Shown piece after piece: positions 1 to 7,320 of a stretch of DNA of 32,000 nt. This stretch comes from Rhodobacter capsulatus SB 1003. GTDB taxonomy: Bacteria > Pseudomonadota > Alphaproteobacteria > Rhodobacterales > Rhodobacteraceae. The stretch covers positions 1,020,001-1,052,000 of the forward strand of contig NC_014034.1 of assembly GCF_000021865.1 (NCBI RefSeq), written 5' to 3'. The notes under the pieces are model-generated. The model did no database searches and was not told the DNA's origin. It was given only the letters and a program-made list of their open reading frames with translations. The position numbers and the translations under genes are program-made. Numbering within the stretch: position 1 is the first letter of the stretch; the number at the start of each line of letters is the position of its first letter.

Positions 1-440
1 CCGGACCCTTGCGCCACCCCGTTCAGCGAAACGGTGACGGTGCCAGCCACGGGTTTGATGATCGCCCGCGCCCAGGATTGCGCGCCGGAGGTATAGGTCT
101 TCACCAGCTGAAACGCCGTCGCGCTGCCATTCCCGGTTCCGACGATTTGGTCAGTGGAGGAAGGCGCCGCCGAAGGCAGGCAGGATTTGTAGTCCGACCA
201 GTCCTTGAACCGAAACGCGTGCAGGCGGCCGTTGCGAGCCTCAAAGAAGGCGACGACCGCGGCCAGATCGTCAGCCCGGCGCACGCCATAGGAGACGTCA
301 TAACGCCGCCGCGAGTTGGCCCAGGAGGCATTGCGTTCCTCGTCGCCCGAGGCCAGTTCGACGATCCGGGTGCGCCGTTCGGGCCCGCCCTTGGCGCCCC
401 GGCTGATGCTGTCCGGAAACCTGATCTCATGAAACGCCAT
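1..440 (-). CDS. Distal tail protein, DUF2460/TIGR02217 family (RcGTA g12-like); 5' part only, continues past window start
   Basis: Not in the ORF track because no stop lies in the window. Manual translation from ATG (438-440, - strand) gives MAFHEIRFPDSISRGAKGGPERRTRIVELASGDEERNASWANSRRRYDVSYGVRRADDLAAVVAFFEARNGRLHAFRFKDWSDY..., which is the signature N-terminus of this family. The start abuts the tape-measure stop (441-443). Confidence 0.8.
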   Translation of the reverse strand, partial: MAFHEIRFPDSISRGAKGGPERRTRIVELASGDEERNASWANSRRRYDVSYGVRRADDLAAVVAFFEARNGRLHAFRFKDWSDYKSCLPSAAPSSTDQIVGTGNGSATAFQLVKTYTSGAQSWARAIIKPVAGTVTVSLNGVAQGS

Positions 441-2537
441 TCAGCTGCTCCTTCGGCCATAGGCGACGGCCCGGGCGATGTCGGAGGCGACTTGCGCGCG
501 GGAGGCGCGGAAGCTTTCGGCATCGCGTGCATAGATGTTGACAGTGGTGCCCGCGCCCCTCTCCCAGGCGCGGGTCTCGGCACGGTTCAGAACGCGTTCG
601 CCGCGCAGAAGGACGGCGGCGTATTCGTCGGAGCCGAGGCCCATCCCTCCGCCATTGTGGAACCGCGGGGCGGCGGCGAGGGCGGCGGCGGGGATCATCA
701 TGCTGGCGGGGCCGGGCACCCGGCCGCCGGAATGGTAGACCCCGGCCGAAATCGAGCCGCCGCCGATGCCCCCACCTATCCCACCCAGCACGCCGCCCAG
801 CGCCGAGGCGAGGGGGCCGAAGACGAAGCGGCGGAAGGCGATCTTCGCCAGATCGGCGATGATCGAGGTCGCGAGGCTCGAGAAGTCGAGCTTCCCTGTC
901 CGGACGAATTCCGCGACGGCCTCTTCCCCGGCGCGGAAAGCCGAGGTGATCGCCTCGCCCACGTTGGCGCCCCAGTTCGCGGCCTCGGCGGCGTAGGTCG
1001 ACAACGCCTCGCTGACCGCCGCCCAGCCGGTCGCGGCCACGTCGGCCGCGGCGGCGACTTCCTCGGCTGTCTGCAACGGGCCCCCGCCGCCGCCCGCGCC
1101 GCCTTCGGCCGGATCGTCGGGCGTGACCGAGATTTGCAAAGCCCGATCACGGACATCGTTGAAGTATTCCGACAGGGGCGAGCCCGAGACGATGCCGCGG
1201 ATTTGGGCGGCCAGCGCCGCGCGGCGTTCGGCATCGCGGGCAGCATAGGGGTTCGCCACGCTGTCGATGCGGAAGGTGGCTGGGTCCAGTGTCGAGAGAG
1301 CCGGGTCCAGGCCAACCGCTTCCAGCGCCGCGCTCGCCGCCTCGGCCAGGGCGTTGATCCCTGCGAGCGCCTTCTCGATCATCCAGTTCACGGCATCGAT
1401 CACGGCGTTCGCGGCGCCAACCGCGAGGGCTCCGACGGCATCCGGCACACCCTGGAAGGCATAGGTGGCGCCTGCGGCCGCGACCTTGAAGGCGTTGATG
1501 ACGAGGTCGCCCATCCAGATGACGCCATCGACGATCCGCTCCCAGGCCCAATCTGCCCAGGCGACGGCATTGTCCCACCAACCGCGGATCGTATCGAAGA
1601 CCGGCTTGCCGATCTGGTAGACGTTCTCGGCAAAGACCTGCCAGGCGGCCCGCGCCACGTCGGTGAAGCTCACCTGCGCGCCGGTGGTCTCGTTGATCTC
1701 ATTGCGCATGCCCGCGATCGCGGCCGAGCCCAGCGCCACGGCGGCCGTCACCAGTGGAAAGCGCCCGGCGACCTGAAGGATGCCTTGGCCGAGGGTCCGC
1801 GCCATGCCGCCCAGATCGCGAAAGAGCGCACCGACACCGCCATTCCCGAACCCATAAATCTGAGAAATCTGGCTGCCCTGCTGCGCCATGACCATGAAAG
1901 GGTTCATGCCGCCTGCGAGAGACACCCCGATGTCCTGAAGCTGGAAGGACAGGTTGGCCATGCGGTGGCTGGCATTGCGCGTGGCCGTGCTCATCCCGCC
2001 CAGCGCGGTGGTCCGTCCCTTGATCGCCGCGATGCTGGCAAGGGTTGCCTGCCGTTCCCGCGAGATCGCCGCCGTCATCTCCTCCGCTGAAATTGCCCCC
2101 ACGCGATGGGCCTGCCGGATCTCGATCAGGGTGGTCCGGTAATCCCGCACCACCGCGAAAAGTGGGTTGTGCTTGGCGCGGAGGTCATCAAGGGCCCGGC
2201 CATAGGCCGCCACATCCACCGCATCGCGCGCCATGCCGCCCGAGACGCCGGTTGATCGGTTCACGGTGTTCATGACCGTGCCGGACACGGCGCCTGCCTG
2301 ACGCAAGGCAGCGGCCGCTCGGGCCGCCCGATCGGCAAGGTCCTGCATCTGCCGCATGGCCTCGCCTGCCGACACCCCGGCCGCGTTCAAGCCTGCCGCT
2401 GCCCGCGGGCCAGCCGCTTCGATCAGGGTCAGCGCCCGGGCGCCTTCCTGGCCGATGCCGACCAGTTCGGCCTTCAGCGCCTGACCGCCGGTCGCGACAA
2501 GGCGCACCGAGACCCGGCGTTCAGTCCGGCTGCTCAT
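441..2537 (-). CDS. Phage tail tape measure protein
   Basis: 698 aa, Ala/Gly-rich helical protein located between the tail chaperone and distal tail genes. Its start overlaps the upstream stop (ATGA at 2534-2537). Confidence 0.85.
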   Translation of the reverse strand: MSSRTERRVSVRLVATGGQALKAELVGIGQEGARALTLIEAAGPRAAAGLNAAGVSAGEAMRQMQDLADRAARAAAALRQAGAVSGTVMNTVNRSTGVSGGMARDAVDVAAYGRALDDLRAKHNPLFAVVRDYRTTLIEIRQAHRVGAISAEEMTAAISRERQATLASIAAIKGRTTALGGMSTATRNASHRMANLSFQLQDIGVSLAGGMNPFMVMAQQGSQISQIYGFGNGGVGALFRDLGGMARTLGQGILQVAGRFPLVTAAVALGSAAIAGMRNEINETTGAQVSFTDVARAAWQVFAENVYQIGKPVFDTIRGWWDNAVAWADWAWERIVDGVIWMGDLVINAFKVAAAGATYAFQGVPDAVGALAVGAANAVIDAVNWMIEKALAGINALAEAASAALEAVGLDPALSTLDPATFRIDSVANPYAARDAERRAALAAQIRGIVSGSPLSEYFNDVRDRALQISVTPDDPAEGGAGGGGGPLQTAEEVAAAADVAATGWAAVSEALSTYAAEAANWGANVGEAITSAFRAGEEAVAEFVRTGKLDFSSLATSIIADLAKIAFRRFVFGPLASALGGVLGGIGGGIGGGSISAGVYHSGGRVPGPASMMIPAAALAAAPRFHNGGGMGLGSDEYAAVLLRGERVLNRAETRAWERGAGTTVNIYARDAESFRASRAQVASDIARAVAYGRRSS

Positions 2538-2737
2538 GATCCCGTCTCGTCATGTTGGGTGGCTCTCACTTGGGCGTTGATGCCGCGGACGGCGAAGGGT
2601 TCGATCAGGGGCAGAAGCTCGGCCGCGATCAGACGGTTCAGGCCCAGCGCCTCGGCCATGGCCAGGGCAGCGGTCATGTCCCAGCCGACCACCCCGCCGG
2701 GGATGGCTCGGAACTGGCCGCGCAAAGCTTGGGCCAA
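2534..2737 (-). CDS. Tail assembly chaperone, T-like distal ORF, probably expressed as a -1 frameshift fusion with 2806-3213
   Basis: The track ORF begins with TTG and has a weak SD. Its frame stays open upstream to a TGA just before the slippery site at 2869-2875 and equals the -1 frame of the upstream chaperone. It sits immediately upstream of the tape measure gene. Confidence 0.6.
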   Translation of the reverse strand: MAQALRGQFRAIPGGVVGWDMTAALAMAEALGLNRLIAAELLPLIEPFAVRGINAQVRATQHDETGS

Positions 2738-2805
2738 TTCCCAGACCTGCCAGGCTTCAAGGGTGCGGGGGCGGTGCAGATCAGCGGGGCAGGCCGGGCA
2801 GGGTT

Positions 2806-3213
2806 TTACGCATCCGGCGCAGTAGCCTTCGCCCCCGCTGAAGTGCCATTCGGCAAGGGCGCGGAGGCGTTTCCCTCATCGGCCAGGATCAGGCCCTTGG
2901 CCACATAGTCCGTCTGGAAGCGCTGGAAGAGCGGGAAGAGATCGAGCAGTGCGGCGACCGCCTCAGGCGTCGGTGGCACCGGATAGCCCTCGGCATTGCC
3001 GACTCCCTCCCAGTCGAGGATCGCCAGCGACCCGATCGCCTTGGCCAGGGCGACGGCGACCTGATCGGCGGGCGCGTCTTCCTGGAGGCTGGCCACCTGC
3101 GCGTCGCTCCTGGCCGCGCCAATCAGGGCAGAGGTGAGCGGGGCCAAGCGCAGGCGGACCCCGCCGCCGAGGTCGAGCCAGGCGGGTTCGGGGGAGAGGT
3201 TCAGGCGGATCAT
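2806..3213 (-). CDS. Tail assembly chaperone (gpG-like / GTA g10-like)
   Basis: The start is trimmed to MIRLNLSPEPAWLDLGG (ATG 3211-3213), which has GAGGAG upstream. The longer track ORF would overlap the major tail gene. The gene lies between the tail tube and tape measure genes. Confidence 0.75.
   Translation of the reverse strand: MIRLNLSPEPAWLDLGGGVRLRLAPLTSALIGAARSDAQVASLQEDAPADQVAVALAKAIGSLAILDWEGVGNAEGYPVPPTPEAVAALLDLFPLFQRFQTDYVAKGLILADEGNASAPLPNGTSAGAKATAPDA
2869..2875 (-). promoter_or_regulatory. Candidate -1 programmed ribosomal frameshift site G_GGA_AAC (lambda G/GT-like)
   Basis: The - strand reads GAT GAG GGA AAC in the chaperone zero frame, so the heptamer is GGGAAAC. The -1 frame is open from here to the stop at 2534. 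Confidence 0.55.
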
Positions 3214-3224
3214 GGAGGGGCTCC

Positions 3225-4169
3225 TCAATAGCTGGTGGTCGTGTTGACAAGGACGGCGGTGCACATGCGGGCGGGCGAGGTGGCCCGCGCCGCCTGCCAT
3301 TCGAAGGTCGCCTGCACGCCCTGCGGTCCGTTGATCGGGATGCGGGGGCGGGGCAGATAGGCTGCGTGCACAGTGAAGGTGAGCGAGGCGTTCGCCCCCA
3401 GGCTCCAGGCGAACACGAGCTCGCAGGGATCACCGGCGATCGCTTGGTTCACCAAGGTCAGATCGGCGAACCGCGCCTCGATCGATCCGGTCAAGGCGGC
3501 CATTGATGGGTCGAGCCCTTCGAGGAGCCCGTCGTTGCGGATTGTCTCGATCCGGTCGAGGTTGTTGGCATAGGACACCTGCGCCCAGACGATATTGCCC
3601 AGCGCCGCCCCGTTCCGTGTGATCGACCCCTGAAAATTACCGAAGCGCTGCAAGGGAAGCGTGGCATCGGTGAGGACACCGGCGGCCGTCGTGGCCGCAA
3701 CCGTCTCGCCGCGGCCGATCAGGCCGACCGTCGCGGTCAACAGCCCTGACCGCTGCGATTGCCACTGGATGCGATCTGCGACGAGGCCGGAATACATCGC
3801 AAACCGCGGCACATCGGGCATTTGCGTCTCGATCGCCATGCTGGGCAGCGTGAAACCGCCCGACTGGAACGTGTGCGTCCGGGGCGTGGTGCCGGTGGTC
3901 GTGGGCTGGCCGAAGATCGCCTTCAGCCAGAAGCCGAGGTTCTCGGCATCCATAGGAATGACGACATCGCCGTCGACGTTCACCGCATCGCGGATCGGCG
4001 CCTGCGGGTCGCGGCCGTAGCCGAGGAGTTCGGGCGACAAGAGCCCTTGTTCGGAGCCGAGCGTCGTCGTGGCAAAGGGCATCCGGCGATAGCCGCTGGC
4101 GGGCGGCGTGCCGTAAACGGATTCAAAGGCGAACGCGACTTGCGTCCGCGCGCCGGGCTGGCGGGCCAT
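3225..4169 (-). CDS. Major tail (tube) protein
   Basis: 314 aa, MARQPGARTQVAFAFESVYGTPP...; located directly upstream of the chaperone pair. Confidence 0.8.
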   Translation of the reverse strand: MARQPGARTQVAFAFESVYGTPPASGYRRMPFATTTLGSEQGLLSPELLGYGRDPQAPIRDAVNVDGDVVIPMDAENLGFWLKAIFGQPTTTGTTPRTHTFQSGGFTLPSMAIETQMPDVPRFAMYSGLVADRIQWQSQRSGLLTATVGLIGRGETVAATTAAGVLTDATLPLQRFGNFQGSITRNGAALGNIVWAQVSYANNLDRIETIRNDGLLEGLDPSMAALTGSIEARFADLTLVNQAIAGDPCELVFAWSLGANASLTFTVHAAYLPRPRIPINGPQGVQATFEWQAARATSPARMCTAVLVNTTTSY

Positions 4170-4193
4170 GGGTCAGTCCTTTCGGGGGTGGGG

Positions 4194-4634
4194 TCAGAGA
4201 AGCGGGTCGGTCGTGGCGTAGGCGAGGATCACCGGGAACACCGCTGCCTTCAGACCCTCATTGCCGTCGATTGCCAGCAGCACCGGTTCCGGCGCCTCGG
4301 GCGCGATATAGTCGCAAAGGCCGCCAAGCGTGCGGTCGGCGGCGAGCGCCGTGCCGATCGCCAGGCGGAGAGCGTCAAAGGCGGCATCCCGGGCGGCGGG
4401 TGTGCCATCCACGACCACTTCGATCTCGGCCCGGTGCTCAAAGTAGTAGCCCGGCGGTGAAAGCCACACCTCCGGCGGCCCCGGATCGCCATCGCGCAGG
4501 ATCACCACCCCGGCGGCAGGCACCTTCTCGGGCAGGATCGAATTGCGCAGCACCTTGGCACCGGGCGGCACCGCGCCGGACAATAGGCTATGAAGCGACG
4601 CGAGCAGGCGCTCGGCCGTGGATTGAAATGGCAT
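4194..4634 (-). CDS. Tail terminator / tail completion-like neck protein (tentative)
   Basis: The start is trimmed to MPFQSTAERLLASL (ATG 4632-4634). The high-GC coding part begins there, and the upstream part of the track ORF lies in the AT-rich insert. The gene sits upstream of the tail tube gene. Confidence 0.6.
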   Translation of the reverse strand: MPFQSTAERLLASLHSLLSGAVPPGAKVLRNSILPEKVPAAGVVILRDGDPGPPEVWLSPPGYYFEHRAEIEVVVDGTPAARDAAFDALRLAIGTALAADRTLGGLCDYIAPEAPEPVLLAIDGNEGLKAAVFPVILAYATTDPLL

Positions 4635-4687
4635 CTCTGGTCTTTCCGAACTAAGTGCAATCAAAGACCCGAAAGTCTCACCGATTT

Positions 4688-5884
4688 CTAGTCCGAGCTG
4701 GTCGGTCCAGACCCACAAACGGCCTCGTATTCCAACAAATATTCACCCTCAGGCAGGATTTTTCCGCGCTCCGCTGAATGCAAATGTATATTGAAATCGA
4801 AGATAGTTCCCGTGTTGGCGCGCAGTGTGATGTTGGGTGTTTCAGTGGGGCTGGACAGAAGCTTTGCGCTTATGCTGGGCGGAGTGGTCATATTTGGATC
4901 GAAGCGGCCGCTGGCCGTAAAGTTTCGTACGGGTCTCGAAAGTAGTACTCTTATTCGGCCAGAATTTCTGGAGTCGTCAGCAAAATAGTACTCCTGCACA
5001 ATTTTGACTGCAGGCTCTCTCTGAAGCGAAACCTCGCGAATGTCCTCAAGCACGTCCTCATTCGCTTTTTCGCCTGCGCGCTCTTGATGGATTTGGAGGA
5101 ATCGCTCGGTCTGATAGATAAGAATGATCGATCCAGTCTCTTCGTGCGCTTCTTGAAGAAGCTCGAGTCGAGCGTTCAGCGTCTTTCCACTTTTCTTTTC
5201 CCACCAGTCCTCTTTTTGCTCAGAAGTAACCAGGATCAGTGGACGCTTTGACTGTTTCCCATAGTCTAGAATCTGCCTCCACATGAGATAATCACCGGCA
5301 AATCCGTTGCCTTCTTTTCCGTCGTCCATGTATCCAGGTGGAATCTTTTCCTTCTTGCGCCTTTCTGCCTCTTTAATAAGATCGGCAAGATTTCCGGGCT
5401 TGGAGCCAATGTTACCAGCTAACGCTGCTTCAAGGCGCGCAACAACCTCATCGTTGCTTTCGTATTCTGGAGTAGTGGACTTTTCTGTTGCTATGGAAGC
5501 CCTTGCGGTCTCAATGGCCTGTTTGAGTGATCCCTCAAGTTCCTCAGAGACAGATTTAGGGACTGCGCGAATGCCCCTAATTGCTGAAATTTGTCCCTGA
5601 GAGGATTTCATAATTTCTTCGAAGTGCTTCTCGGACTTTTCAAATTCCGAGGCGGCATCTAAAATCACTTTTCGGCGATTTTTCACGAATTCGTTGGAGG
5701 TTTGAAAAGAAATCCACAGACGACCCTTGAAGCTCTCAATAGCGCCAAGCAACGCTTCTCTTGTTGCCTTATTGTAACGGTAGAGATCCAAGAGCACATT
5801 TGCGTCAACTGTAAGCGTGCCCTTGTCCCACGCTTCCTCAAAGTCCTTGTCCGTCAGAAAGTACCATGGAAATTTATCGCGCAT
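4688..5884 (-). CDS. PIN-like domain protein (moron; candidate nuclease)
   Basis: 398 aa from MRDKFPWYFLTDKDFEEAWDKGTLTVDANVLLDLYRY (ATG 5882-5884, GGAGG SD). It later carries LILVTSEQKEDWWEK. The region is AT-richer than its flanks. Confidence 0.7.
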   Translation of the reverse strand: MRDKFPWYFLTDKDFEEAWDKGTLTVDANVLLDLYRYNKATREALLGAIESFKGRLWISFQTSNEFVKNRRKVILDAASEFEKSEKHFEEIMKSSQGQISAIRGIRAVPKSVSEELEGSLKQAIETARASIATEKSTTPEYESNDEVVARLEAALAGNIGSKPGNLADLIKEAERRKKEKIPPGYMDDGKEGNGFAGDYLMWRQILDYGKQSKRPLILVTSEQKEDWWEKKSGKTLNARLELLQEAHEETGSIILIYQTERFLQIHQERAGEKANEDVLEDIREVSLQREPAVKIVQEYYFADDSRNSGRIRVLLSRPVRNFTASGRFDPNMTTPPSISAKLLSSPTETPNITLRANTGTIFDFNIHLHSAERGKILPEGEYLLEYEAVCGSGPTSSD

Positions 5885-5906
5885 GACGCCTCCTCTATCA
5901 TTTTCA

Positions 5907-5935
5907 ACTATTGACCGCTTCCATCGGCCTTTCAA
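5907..5935 (-). promoter_or_regulatory. Candidate sigma70-type promoter for the PIN-like gene (TTGAAA-17 nt-AATAGT)
   Basis: The - strand reads cTTGAAAggccgatggaagcggtcAATAGTtgaaaatgatagaggaggcgtcATG. Confidence 0.35.
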
Positions 5936-6001
5936 GCGGACTTCTTGACCTCGGTGGACGCTCAGCTGTGCCTTCAAAGCGAAAACGCAGATGGATTGGT
6001 C

Positions 6002-6643
6002 TTATCTCTTCCACGCCCCCAGGATCGCTCCCGGCAGTCGTGCCGTCGCAGCCGGCGCCAACCCATCAAGGTCCAGCTTCTTCGGCATCTTCACCTGCCG
6101 TAAAAGGAGGAACACCGGCACGGTCTGGGCCCCGGTCAGAATACCATCCCGCCGCCGTCGCCCGCCCTTTGCTGCGGCAAGGCCCCGGCTGTTCAGCCGC
6201 GCATCATCGGCGACCAACAAACTAGGCCCGTTTCGGCGATAGACGAAGCGCAGGCGCATGCCGGTGCGCTGTTCCCAGCGCCAGGGGGTGATGCGCTGGC
6301 GGCCAAGACCGGTGACACCTGCCGCGGGCAAGGGAATGGCCAACCAGAGGCCGCCCTTGCCGCGGATCAGCACGCCGCCATCGAACGCGTGCAGGATGTC
6401 GGGCGCCTCGGTCCAGACGAGGCTTGCCGCGCGAAGGCTGGTGCCCGATCGCGGGAAGTCGGCCTGCCGAACGGTGTTGGCAAGGCGCGACCCAAGCCCA
6501 GAAGCCCGCACCTGCCCGCGCCAGTCGTCGCGCAGGCCCCGCCCGGCTGCAAAGACGCCGCGGGTGACGGCGGCCTCGGCCTCTTGCAGGATCTCGGTGG
6601 CGATTGCCGCCAGATCACCGTCGATGCTGGCGCCGATCTTCAT
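6002..6643 (-). CDS. Phage virion/neck protein (HK97 gp10-like or DUF6441-like, tentative)
   Basis: The start is trimmed to MKIGASIDGDLAAIATEIL (ATG 6641-6643), overlapping the upstream stop (ATGA). The call rests on its position in the head-tail joining block. Confidence 0.55.
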   Translation of the reverse strand: MKIGASIDGDLAAIATEILQEAEAAVTRGVFAAGRGLRDDWRGQVRASGLGSRLANTVRQADFPRSGTSLRAASLVWTEAPDILHAFDGGVLIRGKGGLWLAIPLPAAGVTGLGRQRITPWRWEQRTGMRLRFVYRRNGPSLLVADDARLNSRGLAAAKGGRRRRDGILTGAQTVPVFLLLRQVKMPKKLDLDGLAPAATARLPGAILGAWKR

Positions 6644-6954
6644 ACCTCTCGCGCCTCGGCCTTCCAGACGTGGCGCAGGGCGTCGCGCACGGGCTCGCCC
6701 CGAACCTCGTAGATCACACCCGCGATTTCGAACGTGTCCCCGGGCGCAAGGGCGCCCAGCGCGGCGCATTCGACATCGATCATCACGCTGTCGGTGACGA
6801 ACCGGCCTTCGCCGAAGCCTGACACCGCATCAGGCCGCCGCAGCATGACGCGCACGGCCATCGGCGCGCCCGCCCCACCAGATCGCCAGACCGCATCCTG
6901 TGCGAGGTTCGGATCGCGGAAGAGGGCGGCCGTGGCGCTGGCGAAGGCCGACAT
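6640..6954 (-). CDS. Head-tail connector/adaptor-like protein (tentative)
   Basis: 104 aa, ATG 6952-6954, tightly packed between the DUF2190 gene and the neck gene. Confidence 0.55.
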   Translation of the reverse strand: MSAFASATAALFRDPNLAQDAVWRSGGAGAPMAVRVMLRRPDAVSGFGEGRFVTDSVMIDVECAALGALAPGDTFEIAGVIYEVRGEPVRDALRHVWKAEAREV

Positions 6955-6955
6955 C

Positions 6956-7294
6956 TCAGGTTGCTCCCCCGTTCAGGCGCACGATGCCGGTCGTGTCACC
7001 CGCACCGCCTGCCACAGCTTGCGTGGCGATGCCGATCCGGGTGTTGCCGGTTAGAACGTTGGTGGTCCGGCTGTTCGCCGCATCCCAGTAGATCGTCTGA
7101 CCGACCGTCCAGGCCTGCGAGGGCGCCTTCGGCAGCGAGAACACGCCCACCAGCCGGATGACGGCGGTGTCGCCGGTCGCCGCAGCGCCCTCGGCCACGC
7201 CGAAGATGCTGCCGACCAGCACGCCCTGGCCTGAGGCGATGGCTGCTGCTGCGGTGATGTTGATGGTTTCGCCATTGGCGATGAAGTTTTTCAT
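6956..7294 (-). CDS. DUF2190-family phage head protein (decoration-like)
   Basis: 112 aa, MKNFIANGETINITAAAAIASGQGVLVGSIFGVA...; Gly/Ala-rich beta protein directly after the capsid gene, with an AGGAG SD. Confidence 0.75.
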   Translation of the reverse strand: MKNFIANGETINITAAAAIASGQGVLVGSIFGVAEGAAATGDTAVIRLVGVFSLPKAPSQAWTVGQTIYWDAANSRTTNVLTGNTRIGIATQAVAGGAGDTTGIVRLNGGAT

Positions 7295-7320
7295 CGGGGT
7301 TCTCCTTCAGAGTTTGGGAT

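Noticed and set aside
9-2090. 693-aa + strand ORF, the longest in the left part of the window
   Set aside because: It is antisense to the tape measure and distal tail genes, starts with TTG, and its product is Arg/Gly/Pro/Ala-rich low-complexity sequence typical of high-GC shadow frames. The - strand genes have recognisable phage family signatures.
4640-4668. Hairpin GGTCTTT-15 nt-AAAGACC after the PIN-like gene stop, and CGCAAG-11 nt-CTTGCG at 15548-15570, as intrinsic terminators
   Set aside because: The stems are short (6-7 bp), the loops are large, and no U-tract follows on the relevant strand. This is not enough to call terminators.
4688-5977. Longer 429-aa version of the PIN-like ORF. 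The longer versions of 4194-4718, 6002-6769, 2806-3300, 11518-11964, 13696-14496, 20169-20582, 20377-20757 and 20886-21536 are treated the same way
   Set aside because: The first in-frame start lacks an SD and adds atypical residues or overlaps the neighbour. Downstream ATGs carry SDs or stop/start overlaps and match the expected family N-termini.
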